A stretch of 63,669 nucleotides of DNA, counting the filler. It is 6 parts of 6 records of this genome, joined end to end, with 100 filler letters (N's around TTAATTAATTAA, not from the genome) between each part and the next. Parts side by side here need not be neighbours in the genome. Positions count along the whole stretch, not along the records: positions 1 to 24,034 come from SRR31156797_5140; positions 24,135 to 38,871 come from SRR31156797_5161; 4 more parts are not named here. One strand, given 5' to 3'. A program made the translations under genes and the position numbers. This document shows, piece after piece, positions 19,631 through 28,837 of this stretch (position 1 is its first letter; every line of letters begins with the position of its first letter). The notes under the pieces are model-generated. The model searched no databases, had not been told where the DNA came from, and worked only from the letters and a program-made list of their open reading frames with translations.

Positions 19631-20467
19631 ATGTTCGATTTTTTAAAGAAACCATATCCATTCAACAACGATTTAAAGCACAATACCAAGGTCATTTTTT
19701 TTCTTGGTCTGGGAGTATTTGTTTTTTTATTCCTTTTTCAACCTCTTCAAATCGACGACCTTGCCACCCGCGATAAGTATATGCTTGTGGCAGGTTTGGG
19801 GGCAACAACTTTTTTGTCGCTTAGCCTTAACTTGCTTATTCTTCCCAGTTTGTTCCCCAAAATTCTGAGTGGAACTTCATGGAACATTAAAAAGGAAATT
19901 TTTTGGAATGTTTGGATATTGTTTACCATTTCAAGTGGCTACTATTTGTATTACAAAGCCCTGGGTATAATGGTATTCGGTTTTGATGTCATCATTAAAT
20001 TGATCCTTATAGCCATCATTCCCATCCTTGTGTTGATCACCCTTAACCGACACCGGCTGTTGCGCGCCCACCTTAAACTTGCAAACGAACTAAATGCAAA
20101 ATTGCAGGAAAACAAATTTATTGACGAAAAGCTCGTGCATTTTGAGTCGGATTATAAAAAGGATAACCTTTCCTTAAAAGTAAGTTTAATCATGTTTGTC
20201 AGGTCAGCAAATAATTACATTGAAGTGTATTGGAAAGAAGGACAAACCGTAAAAAATCAAATGGTGAGATGCAGCCTTTTCAAAGCTGAAGAAATACTGA
20301 AAGAGTATAAATTTATTTTTAAAAGTCACCGATCATATTTGGTCAACATCAACCACATTGATAAAGTTGAAGGCAGCGCACAGGGATACAGGTTGTTTTT
20401 TGAATCAGTTGATTTTCATGTTCCGGTTTCAAAAAATTATGTCCATAAGCTTAATCAACTCATTTGA
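19631..20467 (+). CDS. Membrane-bound LytTR-family transcriptional regulator
   Basis: Four TM segments, then RSANNYIEV and KSHRSYLVNI...VPVSK. Confidence 0.9.
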   Translation: MFDFLKKPYPFNNDLKHNTKVIFFLGLGVFVFLFLFQPLQIDDLATRDKYMLVAGLGATTFLSLSLNLLILPSLFPKILSGTSWNIKKEIFWNVWILFTISSGYYLYYKALGIMVFGFDVIIKLILIAIIPILVLITLNRHRLLRAHLKLANELNAKLQENKFIDEKLVHFESDYKKDNLSLKVSLIMFVRSANNYIEVYWKEGQTVKNQMVRCSLFKAEEILKEYKFIFKSHRSYLVNINHIDKVEGSAQGYRLFFESVDFHVPVSKNYVHKLNQLI

Positions 20468-20518
20468 TTTCCCCACCATTTCATGTTATTTCGCCCCTGC
20501 ATTCCGGATTTTCGTCCC
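20468..20518 (+). promoter_or_regulatory. Putative LytTR direct-repeat binding site
   Basis: TTTCCCC (20468), TTTCGCCCC (20489), TTTCGTCCC (20510), 21-bp period. Confidence 0.55.
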
Positions 20519-20702
20519 TAAAAATGTCTCACGTAACTATTTTTATCGGGCCCATCCCTATTCCAAAGTAAGTGCCTTATTACAGCTTAAATTTGTGATT
20601 ATAATCGTGCATTTCAAAAGGTCAAAAGTTCGTACAATATTTTGCCTGACCATGTTGGAGGTGTGATTAAACACTTTTTATTAAATCACAAAGCGAATAA
20701 CT

Positions 20703-21845
20703 ATGAAACCATTAATAATTGGTGACTTAAGGGTTGAAAGACCTATCGTTCAGGGCGGAATGGGGGTTGCTGTTTCACTTTCGGGATTGGCATCAGCAGT
20801 AGCAAACCAGGGCGGAATTGGTGTGATTTCGGCAGCTGCCATTGGCATGACAGAACCGGGATACACCAAACGTTTCCATGAAGCCAACAAACGTGCGCTG
20901 CGAAGGGAAATCCAAAAAGCCCGGAATATGACCAATGGTGTTTTGGGTGTAAATATTATGATGGCGTTGACCGACCATGAGGAACTAATAAAGGTGGCGA
21001 TCGAAGAAAAGACAGATGTTATTTTTGTGGGGGCCGGGCTTCCGCTAAAAATCCCAAAAATTCTTGCAGAAGCAGGATTAGGTGGCCATCAAACCAAAAT
21101 TATCCCCAAAGTATCGTCGGCAAAGGCAGCAACCATAATTTTTAAATATTGGGCAGCCAAATACAATTTTGTGCCGGATGCAGTGGTGGTAGAAGGACCT
21201 ATGGCCGGCGGGCATCTGGGTTTCAAAGCCGAACATTTGCAAGACAATATGATGCCCCTTGAGCTTATTGTAAAAGATACCGTTAGGGCCATCCGACCTT
21301 TTGAGTTTTCATTTAAAAAATCAATTCCTGTTATTGCCGGAGGGGGTATTCACAGTGGAAAAGATATGTATAATATCATGCAGGCAGGAGCTCAGGCAGT
21401 GAAAATCGGAACGCGCTTTGTAACGACCCATGAATGTGATGCATCCTTGAAATACAAACAAAGCTATCTGGCCGCCTCAAAGCAAGATGTTTTGATAATC
21501 ACAAGCCCGGTTGGACTACCCGGAAGAGTTATAAAAAACGATTTCGTTGAACAAATAAACCGGGGAGAAACCAAGCCATTTAATTGCCCCTGGAAATGTC
21601 TTTCGGCGTGCAACTACAAAACCGCACCTTATTGCATTGCAAAAGCCTTATACAATTCTGCCAGTGGAAATATGGAAGAAGGTTTTGCGTTTGCCGGTGC
21701 CAACGCCTGGATGGCAAGTGAAATAAATCATGTATCCGATGTTTTTGATGACCTCATTTCGGGTTATCGGCAGGAAAAGCAGCACCATTATTTCAATTCT
21801 TATCGCAGGAAAAAAATAACTTTAAAATATAAGATACCGGCATAG
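20703..21845 (+). CDS. Nitronate monooxygenase / FabK-like flavin oxidoreductase
   Basis: PIVQGGMGV, EGPMAGGHLG, VIAGGGI, IGTRFVTTHECDA. Confidence 0.9.
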   Translation: MKPLIIGDLRVERPIVQGGMGVAVSLSGLASAVANQGGIGVISAAAIGMTEPGYTKRFHEANKRALRREIQKARNMTNGVLGVNIMMALTDHEELIKVAIEEKTDVIFVGAGLPLKIPKILAEAGLGGHQTKIIPKVSSAKAATIIFKYWAAKYNFVPDAVVVEGPMAGGHLGFKAEHLQDNMMPLELIVKDTVRAIRPFEFSFKKSIPVIAGGGIHSGKDMYNIMQAGAQAVKIGTRFVTTHECDASLKYKQSYLAASKQDVLIITSPVGLPGRVIKNDFVEQINRGETKPFNCPWKCLSACNYKTAPYCIAKALYNSASGNMEEGFAFAGANAWMASEINHVSDVFDDLISGYRQEKQHHYFNSYRRKKITLKYKIPA

Positions 21846-21936
21846 TTGCTATAAAACCGCATGATTAGGAATAATCAAAAGTGATCCTCTAACATTTTTC
21901 TTTTTTTGTCCGTCAATTTCCTCCTGCTTCTGTCTA

Positions 21937-22005
21937 AAATTTTTTTTTGAGGAAATGATACGGCAAAAAGAACGACCACCGCAAAAACCCAAAGCTAAAG
22001 ATGCA
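21937..22005 (+). repeat. Degenerate copy of the phoH 5' end
   Basis: TTTGAGGAAATGATACGGCAAAAAGAACGACCACCGCAAAAA-CCCAAAGCTAAAGATGCA aligns to 22121-22206, with ATG changed to ACG and an internal deletion. Confidence 0.7.
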
Positions 22006-22140
22006 GCGGATATTACAACCATCTTTGAAATATTCAGGTTATCAACATTGTTTAATAAGTTTTTGGGCTTTTGGAGGCGGATTGTTTTGCCTGAACGTTG
22101 TATTCGTAATACTTTTATCGAAATTTTTTGAGGAGACGAT

Positions 22141-23955
22141 ATGGCGAAAAAAACAACCACCGCAAAAAAGACAACCACACGTAAAAAACCCAAAGTTAAA
22201 GATGCAATAGCAGTTAAAAAGGAGAAAACAATAACATCAGAAGAACAAGCCCCCAAGGTAAAGGCAACAAGGCGATCTCCAAAGGCAAAAGCCCCGGCTG
22301 CCAAATCAACTGCAACATCAAAAAAAGCAGCTTCTACGACCAAAGGTGCTAATGCAAGCACATCCACAACCAGAAAGACGGCCTCTACCAGAAAAAAGGC
22401 TGCAGCGAAATCTGCGGTAGTCAAAAAAACGACAATACGAAAAACGAGGGTTAAAAAGCAGGAACCCGAAGAATCGACTATTCTGCCTGCTGACCCAACA
22501 AAACCTCCCAAAAAGGTAATGGAGCAGAAAGAGGAGCCCTCCAAACTGATATTACCGCGAACAAAAGCCAAACTGGTTTCGCCACAAATGCATCAGCCTA
22601 CGACAAAGCCCTCCAATATTAAATTGAAAGGGCCCAAGAAAATTTTTGTCCTCGACACGTCGGTTATCCTTTACAATCATAATTCCCTTAACAGTTTTGA
22701 AGACAATGACGTGGCCATACCCATAACCGTTTTGGAGGAACTTGACCAGTTTAAAAAAGGTAACGACACAATCAACTTCGAGGCACGCGAGTTCATCCGG
22801 ATCATGGACCGGCTCTCGGAAAATGCTTCCCTGCAAAACTGGATACCGCTTGAAAATGGTAATAAAGGGAAGTTTAAGGTAGTGATGCCCGGAAACGGAA
22901 ACCTGCCGGTTAATGCAGAATATATTTTTGGTGAACGCAAAGGCGATCACAGAATACTTAATGCTGCGCTGGCATTAAAAAATGAATATCCCGACCGGAA
23001 GGTTGTCATGGTCACCAAAGATGTGAACCTCAGGATAAAAGCCAAGGCGCTGGAACTACCTGCCGAGGATTTCCTGACAGGCAAAATTGAAAATGTAGAC
23101 TCACTTTATTCCGGTATTTCACGCTATGAGGATGTTGACCAGATGGGGATCAACAAACTTTATGCTGAGGGTGTGTGTGAAGTTGAAGAACTGGGAATTG
23201 ACCCTCCATTGCCTAACCAGTATTTCATTTTGCAGAGCCCAACCGCATCTGCACTGGGATATTACAATCCACGCAACCAACTCATTGAGCGCCTCGACAA
23301 GCATCCGACTTCCAAAATCACACCACGGAATGCCGAGCAGGTTTTTGCTTTACACGCCATAACCAATCCGCACATCAAACTGCTTTCGCTTCAGGGAATT
23401 GCAGGTACTGGAAAAACATTGCTGGCCCTGGCGGGAGCCTGGGATCAACGCAGAAGCTACAAACAGATTTTTCTTGCACGCCCGATCGTGCCGCTGAGTA
23501 ACAAGGATATTGGTTTCCTCCCGGGAGATGCCAAATCGAAGATCGACCCTTATATGCAGCCGCTGTACGATAACCTGAAATTTATTCAGAACCAGTATGG
23601 TGAACATGATAAGGAATACCAGAACATTTCGGCGGCCATAGATAATGAGAAGCTGCTGATCCAGCCGCTGGCATATATTCGCGGACGCAGTATCTCTAAT
23701 GTCTTCTTTATTGTTGATGAGGCCCAAAACCTTACACCGCACGAAATTAAAACCATCATTACACGTGCTGGTGAAGGAACCAAAATAGTTTTTACAGGTG
23801 ACATTTATCAGATCGATACGCCATATCTCGATTCACAAAGTAACGGCCTCTCCTACCTCATCGATCGTATTAAGCATCATGAATTGTATGCACACGTACG
23901 TCTTGAAAAGGGAGAAAGGTCTGATTTGGCCAACCTGGCTAATGAAATGTTGTAG
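22141..23955 (+). CDS. phoH: PIN-PhoH (PhoH2/YlaK-like) ATPase with ~165-aa Lys/Ala/Thr-rich N-terminal extension
   Basis: IFVLDTSVI PIN domain; GIAGTGKT; YIRGRS; VDEAQN; GDIYQID. Confidence 0.92.
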   Translation: MAKKTTTAKKTTTRKKPKVKDAIAVKKEKTITSEEQAPKVKATRRSPKAKAPAAKSTATSKKAASTTKGANASTSTTRKTASTRKKAAAKSAVVKKTTIRKTRVKKQEPEESTILPADPTKPPKKVMEQKEEPSKLILPRTKAKLVSPQMHQPTTKPSNIKLKGPKKIFVLDTSVILYNHNSLNSFEDNDVAIPITVLEELDQFKKGNDTINFEAREFIRIMDRLSENASLQNWIPLENGNKGKFKVVMPGNGNLPVNAEYIFGERKGDHRILNAALALKNEYPDRKVVMVTKDVNLRIKAKALELPAEDFLTGKIENVDSLYSGISRYEDVDQMGINKLYAEGVCEVEELGIDPPLPNQYFILQSPTASALGYYNPRNQLIERLDKHPTSKITPRNAEQVFALHAITNPHIKLLSLQGIAGTGKTLLALAGAWDQRRSYKQIFLARPIVPLSNKDIGFLPGDAKSKIDPYMQPLYDNLKFIQNQYGEHDKEYQNISAAIDNEKLLIQPLAYIRGRSISNVFFIVDEAQNLTPHEIKTIITRAGEGTKIVFTGDIYQIDTPYLDSQSNGLSYLIDRIKHHELYAHVRLEKGERSDLANLANEML

Positions 23956-24034
23956 GAGAAAATGCGGTTGAGTTTATAAAGTGCTTGAAGTTAATAAAGT
24001 GCGCTAGCTCAAGTTCCTAAAAAAAACTGAAAGG

Positions 24035-24134
24035 NNNNNNNNNNNNNNNNNNNNNNNNNNNNNNNNNNNNNNNNNNNNTTAATTAATTAANNNNNNNNNN
24101 NNNNNNNNNNNNNNNNNNNNNNNNNNNNNNNNNN
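24035..24134. other. Artificial contig spacer
   Basis: N44-TTAATTAATTAA-N44; composition changes across it. Confidence 0.98.
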
Positions 24135-24149
24135 AATTTCTTCATTTAT

Positions 24150-24385
24150 TCTTGATTCCCCCCTTACTTTTGTGGTATCTCTTTATCGACCAAGACTAAA
24201 AACAACATAAAAAACAAGGAGGGGAAAATTTTGACTAATATTATTAATAAACTTCTTCAATTTATTTCTTTACAAAATAGACTTATCATTGCTTTGATTA
24301 TCTTTGCTTTTGGTAAAAGATTCGAGTATTTCTCTAAACAAGAGGATAAATCTATCAATAAAAAATACAGAAAACTTATTGTCAT
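24150..24385 (+). mobile_element. Truncated 5' end of a DDE (IS6-like) transposase with its leader
   Basis: MTNIINKLLQFISLQNRLII...KKYRKL resembles N-termini of Clostridia-type DDE transposases; leader inverted repeat TCCCCCTT...AAGGAGGGGA. Confidence 0.5.
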
Positions 24386-24395
24386 TTTCTTCTCC

Positions 24396-25028
24396 TTAGT
24401 TTTCCGTTTTCTTCATCATAAACTCCCACATTCTTTTGGTATTTCCATATCTTGAAGTTTCCCTCTCATCTAAAGTTACAATTAACCAATCAGAAAAAAA
24501 TAGATCAAAATCACTTTTACCAAAAAATCTTTTAAATCCAAACTTTGTATCAAAGAAGTTTTTTTCAATTTCAACTCCATTACCAAAACCAAAGTTAGTA
24601 TCATTTATTGAGTTTACTCTTCCTAACAATAGTCCGTTTTCAGCTAGTACCCTTTTTATCTCACTTATTATAGATTTGGTGGTATCTTTGTCAAAATAGT
24701 GCAGACTCAAATCCGCAACTACTATATTAAACTTTTCATTTTTAAATGGTAATCCATCTTTCATATCCAAGTTAAAAGTTTGATTCTCAGGTAAATATCT
24801 TTTTATAGTATCTAGAGCATTTTGAGAGAAATCACAACAGATTGTTTTAATACCATATTGACTCAATAGAATACTATTTCCTCCTATACCACATCCTAAG
24901 TCCAAAACATTAATATCCTTAGACTCAAAATATTTCAGATATTTTTCGAGCCAATCATCATTTGTTGGTTTTCTGCCACTTTCTTTATACATACTTTCCC
25001 AAAACTCTTTATTCTTCAACACACTCAC
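24396..25028 (-). CDS. Class I SAM-dependent methyltransferase
   Basis: VLDLGCGIG, ADLSLHYF, EIKRVL. Confidence 0.9.
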   Translation of the reverse strand: MSVLKNKEFWESMYKESGRKPTNDDWLEKYLKYFESKDINVLDLGCGIGGNSILLSQYGIKTICCDFSQNALDTIKRYLPENQTFNLDMKDGLPFKNEKFNIVVADLSLHYFDKDTTKSIISEIKRVLAENGLLLGRVNSINDTNFGFGNGVEIEKNFFDTKFGFKRFFGKSDFDLFFSDWLIVTLDERETSRYGNTKRMWEFMMKKTEN

Positions 25029-25089
25029 CTCTTTGACTTTTGTTATCGATTACAACTTAATATTATCACTCTTATTAGCAAATGTAAAT

Positions 25090-25342
25090 TACCCACTTTT
25101 TTGTTGGTACATCATTCTGTAGCTGATTTCTTATATATTTTTCTACTTGATTTATCATCACGCAGTTTTCTTAATATTTTGGTGAAAAGACTATATGATA
25201 TTTACATATCCACTTTGTATGTGCTAAACTATTATTATCCATTTTTAATGTTCCTTTGATTTTTTCGTTGATAAACCAACAAATTATACCAAAGGAGCAA
25301 CTTAGATTACGCACAACCTTTCGTTTTTTTTAATCCACCTGC
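25090..25342 (-). mobile_element. tnpA: Internally deleted IS200/IS605 tnpA remnant
   Basis: 25242-25171 reads MDNNSLAHTKWICKYHIVFSPKY*, followed shortly by the C-terminal VEKYIRNQLQND. Confidence 0.8.
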
Positions 25343-25346
25343 CGAA

Positions 25347-25506
25347 AGACTGTGTCATAATACAAAAAAATAGACGAATGTCCTGAATTTCCGATTTCTC
25401 GAAAATGACAATTCTAATAATATTCTATATTTGAAAGTATGTCATCCCCGCGAAGGCGGGTATCCAGTACCACAGATCCTTACTTAAACCTATTATGACA
25501 TAGACT
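25347..25506. mobile_element. MITE-like element with ~16-bp TIRs carrying an RPE/dRS3-like palindrome
   Basis: AGACTGTGTCATAATA ... TATTATGACATAGACT; internal GTCATCCCCGCGAAGGCGGGTATCCAG (25441-25467). Confidence 0.6.
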
Positions 25507-25596
25507 GCGAGCAAGTGGTTTTCCTTTCTATAAAAACCCTCTTTATTTCAGTTCATATAGAGTTTGTTGTCGCAAGATAATTATTTGAATTAATTC

Positions 25597-26172
25597 TTAT
25601 TTTGCTGTTCTCATATCTTTTGGAGCTTTATCAAGATACTGTATATCACTAAATTCTACTGTACATCCTTCTCCTATAGGACTTTGTGCTTCGATCCCTA
25701 TATACGCTTTCTTTTCAGTCGATACATCATATCTAAACAGTCTTACCATGCTCCAGTTTTCTCCATCCCTGGAAAAATATAGCCCTATGACGTTATACTT
25801 TTTTGCCACTTTCAAATATATCGCATCTTGTTCTATTTTTTCTCCATTTGCATCATCACTCACTTCATTTGTGACGACCCCTACGACAGCTTTATGTCCA
25901 AGGTCTGTAAGCTCAAATGCAAACTTTACCCACGTCTCATTATCGACATAATACATGATAGCACCAGCATCATATGTCGTTTGGAAATTAGGCTCTACCT
26001 TACATTGAAATGTGAAGTCCATATCGGCTGATAGAGCATAAATATGTGCATTTTGTGCAATAAAGTCTGAACAGGGATCGATAAAATAATCCGTCCTTTT
26101 ATCAGCATTAATGATGACACTCCCATTGTTTTCTGTGTAATTTGTCGCTTCGTTTATCCAAGTGTTGAACAT
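25597..26172 (-). CDS. DUF1349 (ConA-like) protein
   Basis: TDYFIDP, WVKFAFE, VVTNEVSDDANG, EAQSPIGEGC. Confidence 0.85.
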   Translation of the reverse strand: MFNTWINEATNYTENNGSVIINADKRTDYFIDPCSDFIAQNAHIYALSADMDFTFQCKVEPNFQTTYDAGAIMYYVDNETWVKFAFELTDLGHKAVVGVVTNEVSDDANGEKIEQDAIYLKVAKKYNVIGLYFSRDGENWSMVRLFRYDVSTEKKAYIGIEAQSPIGEGCTVEFSDIQYLDKAPKDMRTAK

Positions 26173-26373
26173 CTGCTTCCCCTTCCTATTATTATTGAAT
26201 TCCCTCTATAATCTATCAATGTGTTACTTTGCATTCCCCAGATTCATCTTTTTCCTGCTTATATAGTGTCGTAGTTTCATATTCTGTCAATATTTTGCGT
26301 GATGTAATTTGTTCTTGAATTCTTACATATTTTACCTGTTATGTACAGTCTGTGATACGGAATACCCCTAACC

Positions 26374-26640
26374 CTAGTAATTATAGTCAGCTATTATAAC
26401 AAATCGATGGGTTATATCATCATAATAACCATTGCTCTCTATTAAACTATGTATATACCTTAGTTGCTCCCTATACTTATTAGGCTCAAAATCTTCAATC
26501 AGCCAAGGAATAGCTTTTAAATAATATACGATAGCACCAATATCAAAAAATCTTGTTTTAACGAATTCCTCATTTTTATACTTTATACTAAATCCACATT
26601 TTGACAGTTCATCAACTGCCGATTGTAAATTCCAATTTCA
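26374..26640 (-). pseudogene. 5'-truncated SAM methyltransferase, C-terminal fragment
   Basis: WNLQSAVDEL...TRFFDIGAIVYYLKAIPWLIEDF...HRFVIIADYNY*; no start codon. Confidence 0.7.
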
Positions 26641-26663
26641 ATAGAAATAGATAAGCTCTAGAA

Positions 26664-27920
26664 CTAATATTTCTGAACTTTTCTAAACCTATTTATATAT
26701 TTGATCACAATTGAATCACTAAGTTTAGTATTCATATATAGCAAGATCATTGTAAGAATAGAAACGAAAGATATCATAATCCATATAGTTGACATTGAAA
26801 AATAATCGAGCATTAGTCCTGAAATAAGCGGCGAAAACATGTAACCTAGAGAATGTAATATTGCAAATATTCCATTAAATCGACCTCTATGTGTAATTGG
26901 TGTGTGATCTGCCACAAATACATTATAATTTGTAACATGTAGTATTTCACCAATAGTCCAAATGAAGGTGGAAACTAGGAAATAAATGAATATTCCATTG
27001 TGAGCCAACATTCCAAATCCAACTGCATATAGTAAAACAGCGAAAATGATATTGGTTTCAGGTTTATAATTTTTTGAAATTTTCAAGACGTAAATCGTTG
27101 ATAGAATAACTATTAGTGCATTTGCGGACAATAGATAACCAAAATATTTTGCACCATTTGAACCGAAAACTTCATTCATTTGTAATGGTATCAGAAAGTT
27201 GTGTTGTCCATAGACAAAATTAGCCAATATCATAATAACTGCAAAGATAACTAGAGTAGGACGCTCCATAAGTGCAGAAAAAGTTGATCCTGTTGTTGCT
27301 CTTTCAGAACTAGACGAATTTTCTATTTTATCCTCATTAGGGAGTGTTTCTGGGACAAAGAAAAATATTAATACCACTGATACGAGCATTGTTATACCGT
27401 CACCCCAGAATATCCATTTGATATAATTATTAAATAAAAAACCTGCAAGTAATGGACCTAATGCAACTCCAAAGTTTGTTGCCAAATAAAGGAGTGAAAA
27501 AGCCTTCATCCTTTGCTCTTTTGTGGTTAGATCGGTTACAATTGCTTTATTTATTGGAACAGAAGCTCCCAAGAAAAATGAGGAAAGCATAATGAACCAA
27601 ATGATGACTTTGGAGTCAGTATAAAATCCACTGATAATAAGACTAATTGCAGATAAAGCTTGTACTCCAATGAATAATTTTTTTCTTCCAAATTTATCAG
27701 CTAGTTTTCCACTTGAAGTTGTCCCAAGCATCATTGAGAGTCCTACCAACATGACATAAAAGCCGACCTCTTTCTTAGGCAACATAAGATTGGCAGATAA
27801 GAAAAGAGCTAGGAAAAACTTTACAAACTCCCCTGCTTTATTTACAATTCTTGCGATAAACATAATATAAACTGGTTTTGGTAATCCTTTGTACTCATTA
27901 AAGATGTTTAAGTTTTGCAT
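26664..27920 (-). CDS. MFS transporter
   Basis: GKLADKFGRK motif A; about 12 TM segments. Confidence 0.92.
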   Translation of the reverse strand: MQNLNIFNEYKGLPKPVYIMFIARIVNKAGEFVKFFLALFLSANLMLPKKEVGFYVMLVGLSMMLGTTSSGKLADKFGRKKLFIGVQALSAISLIISGFYTDSKVIIWFIMLSSFFLGASVPINKAIVTDLTTKEQRMKAFSLLYLATNFGVALGPLLAGFLFNNYIKWIFWGDGITMLVSVVLIFFFVPETLPNEDKIENSSSSERATTGSTFSALMERPTLVIFAVIMILANFVYGQHNFLIPLQMNEVFGSNGAKYFGYLLSANALIVILSTIYVLKISKNYKPETNIIFAVLLYAVGFGMLAHNGIFIYFLVSTFIWTIGEILHVTNYNVFVADHTPITHRGRFNGIFAILHSLGYMFSPLISGLMLDYFSMSTIWIMISFVSILTMILLYMNTKLSDSIVIKYINRFRKVQKY

Positions 27921-28013
27921 TTCTCCTCCATTTGAGATTCTAATTATAATAAAAGTTATGACCCTTAATTTTCTAAATATATATAAACTATCTTTTATTC
28001 ATGGTGATTCATC

Positions 28014-28141
28014 TAAATGATTTTACTGCAAAAAGCCTCGTTTTGGTAAAGTTTGTTAAAATATCTCTTTCGAACGTACTAACGAAGAGTGTTTTATCAA
28101 ACTTTTTCTAACCAAAACCCTTTTTGCAGTGAAATCATTTA
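28014..28141. mobile_element. 128-bp near-fully palindromic MITE-like element
   Basis: TAAATGATTTTACTGCAAAAAG / CTTTTTGCAGTGAAATCATTTA (21/22) plus inner paired arms. Confidence 0.7.
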
Positions 28142-28146
28142 AATCA

Positions 28147-28502
28147 TTAATCAACTGAAATTACTATATTCTCAACAATTTCTAGTGCAGTATCTATTTT
28201 TGATAGATCTTCATTTATATTACCATCACTTCCATCTGGACTTCCGTGACCAATCAGTTTTAAAGAGTAATCACCCTTTTGTGATAAATCAACTTGAACA
28301 GAGTAAATTAGCGAAGGTTGCCCACTGAAAAAACTGGAAAGTATATATCCTGCAGTGGCAAAAATAAGAAGAAGCCCCAAAGAGTCTATAGGTAGTTCGA
28401 AAGTGTTTCGGATTCCCGGCCAAGCAACACATCGGGTAGTCCCAATGAAATAAATGCAATAAAAGATAGGATAATTAAAGCTGATGATGACTTTTTTTTC
28501 AT
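28147..28502 (-). pseudogene. Chimeric pseudogene: frameshifted MFS N-terminus fused to an unrelated C-terminus
   Basis: MKKKSSSALIILSFIAFISLGLPD/VAWPGIRNTFELPIDSLGLLL...FFSG joined to QPSLIYSVQVDL...LIGHGSPDGSDG...TALEIV. Confidence 0.6.
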
Positions 28503-28611
28503 GATAATTTCATTCCTTACCTATGGCTTGCTGAATAGCTCTAATCTCAGCAAGCTTCTCTTTTAATATTGTTAAATTTTAGGCAAAACAGAGTTCTTAG
28601 ACTATGCTCTA

Positions 28612-28825
28612 AGTTCATAACTATGAAATATTGTAAATATAGATTTTCAGTTATTTATTCTACTGTTCCTCTATAACTTAAGTTCAAGCTCTCTTTTATT
28701 AATAATGAACTAAAGCTATTCTACATACTTTGCTTATGCTCCTGAACCATTAAATTTTAAGGTATATTTTTCTTCTATCTCTTCCCAAGGAGTTATATTT
28801 GAGAAGATTATCGATCTATGATTAT
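28612..28825 (-). mobile_element. IS5-family transposase N-terminal remnant with multiple stops and frameshifts
   Basis: Degenerate PWEEIEEKY...RIAL.SLLIKE.LNLS...ITENLYLQYFI. Confidence 0.7.
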
Positions 28826-28837
28826 ACTTAATTAAGG

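Noticed and set aside
21849..22571. 240-aa hydrophobic minus-strand ORF
   Set aside because: Antisense shadow of the Lys-rich phoH tail.
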